Virus record (IMG/VR): IMGVR_UViG_3300050821_010487
Span: 1-64,000 of that record
Origin: a virus
DNA length: 64,000 nucleotides
Strand: one strand, 5' to 3'
The notes below the pieces were generated by a model. It was not told the origin of the DNA. It saw only the letters and a program-made list of their open reading frames with translations, and did no database searches. Numbering within the stretch: the first letter of the stretch is position 1; each line of letters opens with the position of its first letter. The translations under genes and the position numbers were made by a program. Positions 60,675 to 64,000 of the stretch are shown here, one piece after another.

Positions 60675-63600
60675 GCCTGTCCACCAGGACGCCCTCGTCA
60701 GGCGTCATCGGGTGCGCGCCACGGCCGCCGCGGAACGCGCGCCAGAACCTGGTGGCCTCAGGGTGCAGCCGGCACTCCTCGCTGCCGGGGTAGCCGGCCT
60801 GGTGCAGCTCGGCGCAGCGGGGGCAGACAGGCTTGGTCATCGCGCGGCCTGGTCCACCATGCGGGCGTTGTCGAGGACCTGCTGGCGGTTGGCCTGCTTG
60901 GTGGCGGCCTCCAGCTCCCGGCTCAGCCTGCTGATGATCGCGCGCTGGCTCTCGATGTGATCGGCCAGGAGCATGACCCGGCCTCCGGTGTAGGCCAGCT
61001 TGCAGGTCTTCCTGCGGCCGTCGATGGTGTAGAGCTTCGTGCCGTCGGGACCGACGAGCACCCAGTGGGTCAGCGTCCAGTGCAGCCGCCGCCTCCTCGC
61101 CGGCGGGTGAACAAGCCTCATGACAGGAACTACCTTCTTCTCTTGATCTCTCCGTGGATGAACATGAACACGGTGCCCGCGGCGATGAACCAGGGCCCGA
61201 CAATGTCCGCGCCGCCTCCGGGCCAAAACCAGCTCATGACCCAGATCGTGGCCCCCAGGGCGATGAGCGCGGTGCCCAGGAGACTCGCCATGCTGTCGCG
61301 GTGCGGCCGGGTGCTCAGGAGCCTCAGGACGTCCCGGGCCCGCACCCGTCCCCGGTACACCAGCTCCCGCTTGCGGAGCGCTGTCCGGGCCTCCTGGAGC
61401 GCCTTGGGCAGGTTCCTGGGCATGGGTCTCCAAAGCGGTATCCGGGGGATGAGTCAATGGTGTCAGTCCGGGGGCGGTGCTGTGTAGGTGACGCCCTGGT
61501 ACTTGATGGTTTCTTCACCTGTCAGGTTCCGGTGCGCCTGCACGATCAGGCCGGTGATCTGCTGGGCGAGCTGGACGGCGAGCCTCAGCCGCACCGCGAT
61601 GTCATCCCGGCCTTCCCGCGAGCCCAGTGCGCCCTGGAGCGCGCTCTTCAGGTCCGAGGCCTTGATGATCGATTCGATGAGCGGCTTGCCGTCGGGCAGG
61701 GGCGCTTCCTCCGGCCTGGGACTGGCCTCGCTCTCACTGTTGCGTGCTACAACTTTGGCCGGCCACTTGTTGCCCGGGAACACGTTCGACAGCGGCCCAC
61801 CGGTCGTCACCCGGAAGCACCTGCCGGGCTTGCACACCCCGCTGCCTACCTCCAGGTTGCTGCCGTGGCAGTAGCCGCCGTCGGGGCAGCGGCCAGCTCG
61901 GGCCCTGCGGGCATCCGGGCAGGCGGGGCACGGCACGACAGGCTCGCCGTGCATCTCGGTGGCGTCCTCCATGCGCAGGCAGACCCGGCAGCGCCGCGAG
62001 CATGCCATGGTGCTGCAGTGGTTGCGGCATTCCTGGCCGTCGTGGCAGTGGCCAGCTAGCCGGTGGTTCTCGGGCCCCCGGTCGGCCTCCGGAAGGTTCC
62101 GGTCGTGCCCGAACGGCAGCACGCAGCCGGGGCTCTCTTCGCAGTATCCGGGTGTGTGCTCGTCAGCGTGGGTGTGGTCGTCATCCAGGACGCCTTCGGT
62201 GGCTTTTGCGAACTGGTGCCAGGGGTGCTCGCAACCGGTCTTCGGCAGCCAGGGCGAGCGGCACTCCGGGCACGAGCGTGCCTTGGCGTCGAACACGTAC
62301 AGCTCTTCATCGCTGGAGACGCTGAATCCTTCTGCGGGGGTCATCTGGGCTCCTCGTGTTTGGGTGGCTTGCGGCGGCTGCTGATCGTGGCGTCGCCCAT
62401 GAAATGCAGGAGCCGGAATGCCGTGACGATGAACAGCAGCGCCCCCACCGCGGTGGCTATCAGCCCGTAGCGGGTGGGGAGGAACGATCCGGTGATGAAG
62501 GCTCCCGCGGTGCACAAGGCAAAGACCGCTACCTCGATCGGCGGCCGGGGACCGGGGTGCTCGGGCTCTGTCATCGCTGCCGCCCCCGTTTGGCGGTGGC
62601 GGCTGCGTAGTGCATGGTCGCTTCTCCCGCGAACGCGGCCATCCGGTCCCACTTCTGCCTGCGTTTACAGAACGGGATCATTGCCGCCGCCTCGTCTCCG
62701 GCCGCGATGTGTTCGTCCGGGGTCATGCTCCCGAGGCCGGGAGGTTCATCGAATTGGTGCTCCGGGAGGTCGTGGTACTCCTGCGCCGCTTCCTCGGCGG
62801 TCATGGGGAGCCGGGCGTCTTCCGCATCCTGGCTGCCGCCTCCCGTCGTGGCGTACGTCTCGCCATCGTCTCGCCGCGCGCCCATCCACCGGCCGCTCAC
62901 AGCTTGGTCCCGGGGGCGTGTGCCCGCAGCATCTGGTGGCAGCGGTGGTTCTCGGGGATGCCGTCGGGCGCGGGAGCGTGGTACCACCAGGTGGGCGACG
63001 GCTCCCATATGACTCGGCGGCGGTGCGCGATGCACCAGCTCACATGGATGGTGCTGTCGAGCGTCATGGCCTCCTGCCGGGGCGCGGCTTCCCTCTGGCG
63101 GTTTATGGCTTCGGTGAACGCGAGATGGGCGGGGAAGGCCTGGAGGTAGTCGGCGAGGACCTGGGCGGTGGCTTCGTCGGCAGCGATCAGGGTCCCGAGT
63201 GCTAGCCCGTTGGTGCCTGGTTCCGGTGAGACGTAAACGGCCCACCGGCCGATTTCGGAGGCGGGACGTTCTACGGCCACGGCCCGCAGGCCCGGCTCGC
63301 TCATCATGTGGGCTCCCCGGGCACGCAGACCAGCTCGAAGATCGCCTGCGGGATGACGAAGAATCCCCCGGGGAAGGTGCGGATGACCCAGTCGCCTGGC
63401 TTGGCGGTCTGCTCGCCCGCGGCGGTCTGTATGGCCAGGGTGGTCTCGTCTCCCATGCCGCCCGGGTGGTGGAAGTCTGCCGCGTTGACCATCAGCCACC
63501 CGGCCATTCCCCCGGCCTGGATCAGGTCGCCGGGGAGCCACTGCATCGCTTCAACCCCGGGGACCTTGAGGCGGTACAGCGCGGGCATCCCGTATCCGGG

Positions 63601-63869
63601 GCGGAGGAGCGGGAGCCCCTTGCCCTGTCTCCTGCCTGCTGCTCTCGTCACTGCGCATCCTCCTTGGTGTGGTTGTCCTGCTGTTTCCGGCCGGTGTAGA
63701 CGAGCACGTGGGCGTAGATGACGGCCCCGGTGGCACCGGTCAGGGCGCGGGCCCACGTGGGGAGCGGGGTCAGGTGCGGGAAGGTGCTCAGCGTCATCAT
63801 GGCGATGGACACCAGGCCGGACCAGAAGAGGAGTTCCTTCTTCCAGCGCGGCCGGTGGTCTGCTGCCAT
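60475..63869 (-). other. Run of small hypothetical genes: 63648-63869 (2 TM), 63304-63651, 62897-63307, 62571-62900, 62341-62574 (2 TM), 61463-62344 (Cys/His-rich), 61130-61423 (2 TM), 60837-61121, 60475-60840
   Basis: Coupled start/stop codons and RBS-like purine runs; 63304-63651 carries the common phage motif A.PGDWVI....G.F......F. Confidence 0.65.
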
Positions 63870-64000
63870 CACGTCTCCTCCAGCCTCATGTAGCGCACGG
63901 TCACTTCGTCCGTGCCGTGCTGGGGGCAGCGGTAGGACGGCTCCACGATGCCGCCACGGATCTGGCGGCGGAAGGTGTGCCCGCACGCGAGTTCGACCCG

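Overview
A GC-rich (~70% by eye) 64-kb segment of a large actinobacterial phage or phage-plasmid. Gene content and order resemble the large mycobacteriophage cluster C (Bxz1) / Rhodococcus E3-type myoviruses; this is inferred from motifs and was not searched. From left to right: (1) a Streptomyces-plasmid-type transfer module (TraB/FtsK translocase, divergent Spd-like membrane proteins) next to an ArdC-like gene; (2) a + strand replication/recombination block (5'-3' exonuclease, primase-polymerase/D5 helicase, J-like protein, SSB, DnaE, RecA, PD-(D/E)XK nucleases, RuvC-like, sigma-like HTH); (3) the terminase large subunit followed by two giant polyvalent proteins (about 11 ADP-ribosyltransferase-like domains plus GNAT, ParB-like, nucleotidyltransferase, NUDIX and 2H domains, separated by recurring VVAHFE and [K/R]xA linkers), a UDG and probable virion proteins; (4) a convergent - strand array of small early-type genes (including a C5 DNA methyltransferase, an HNH nuclease and a DpdA/TGT-like protein) built from repeated promoter-leader-RBS units. 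A 19-bp box (TTACAG[G/C][G/T]TTTCTTGCTAA) occurs about 16 times, mostly in promoter spacers. The most striking unexplained element is a predicted ~115-nt small RNA at ~40690-40807. It has its own box-containing promoter and terminator, and it is antisense to the shared leader and ribosome-binding site of six early-gene cassettes 10-19 kb away. No CRISPR array, tRNA or rRNA was seen.
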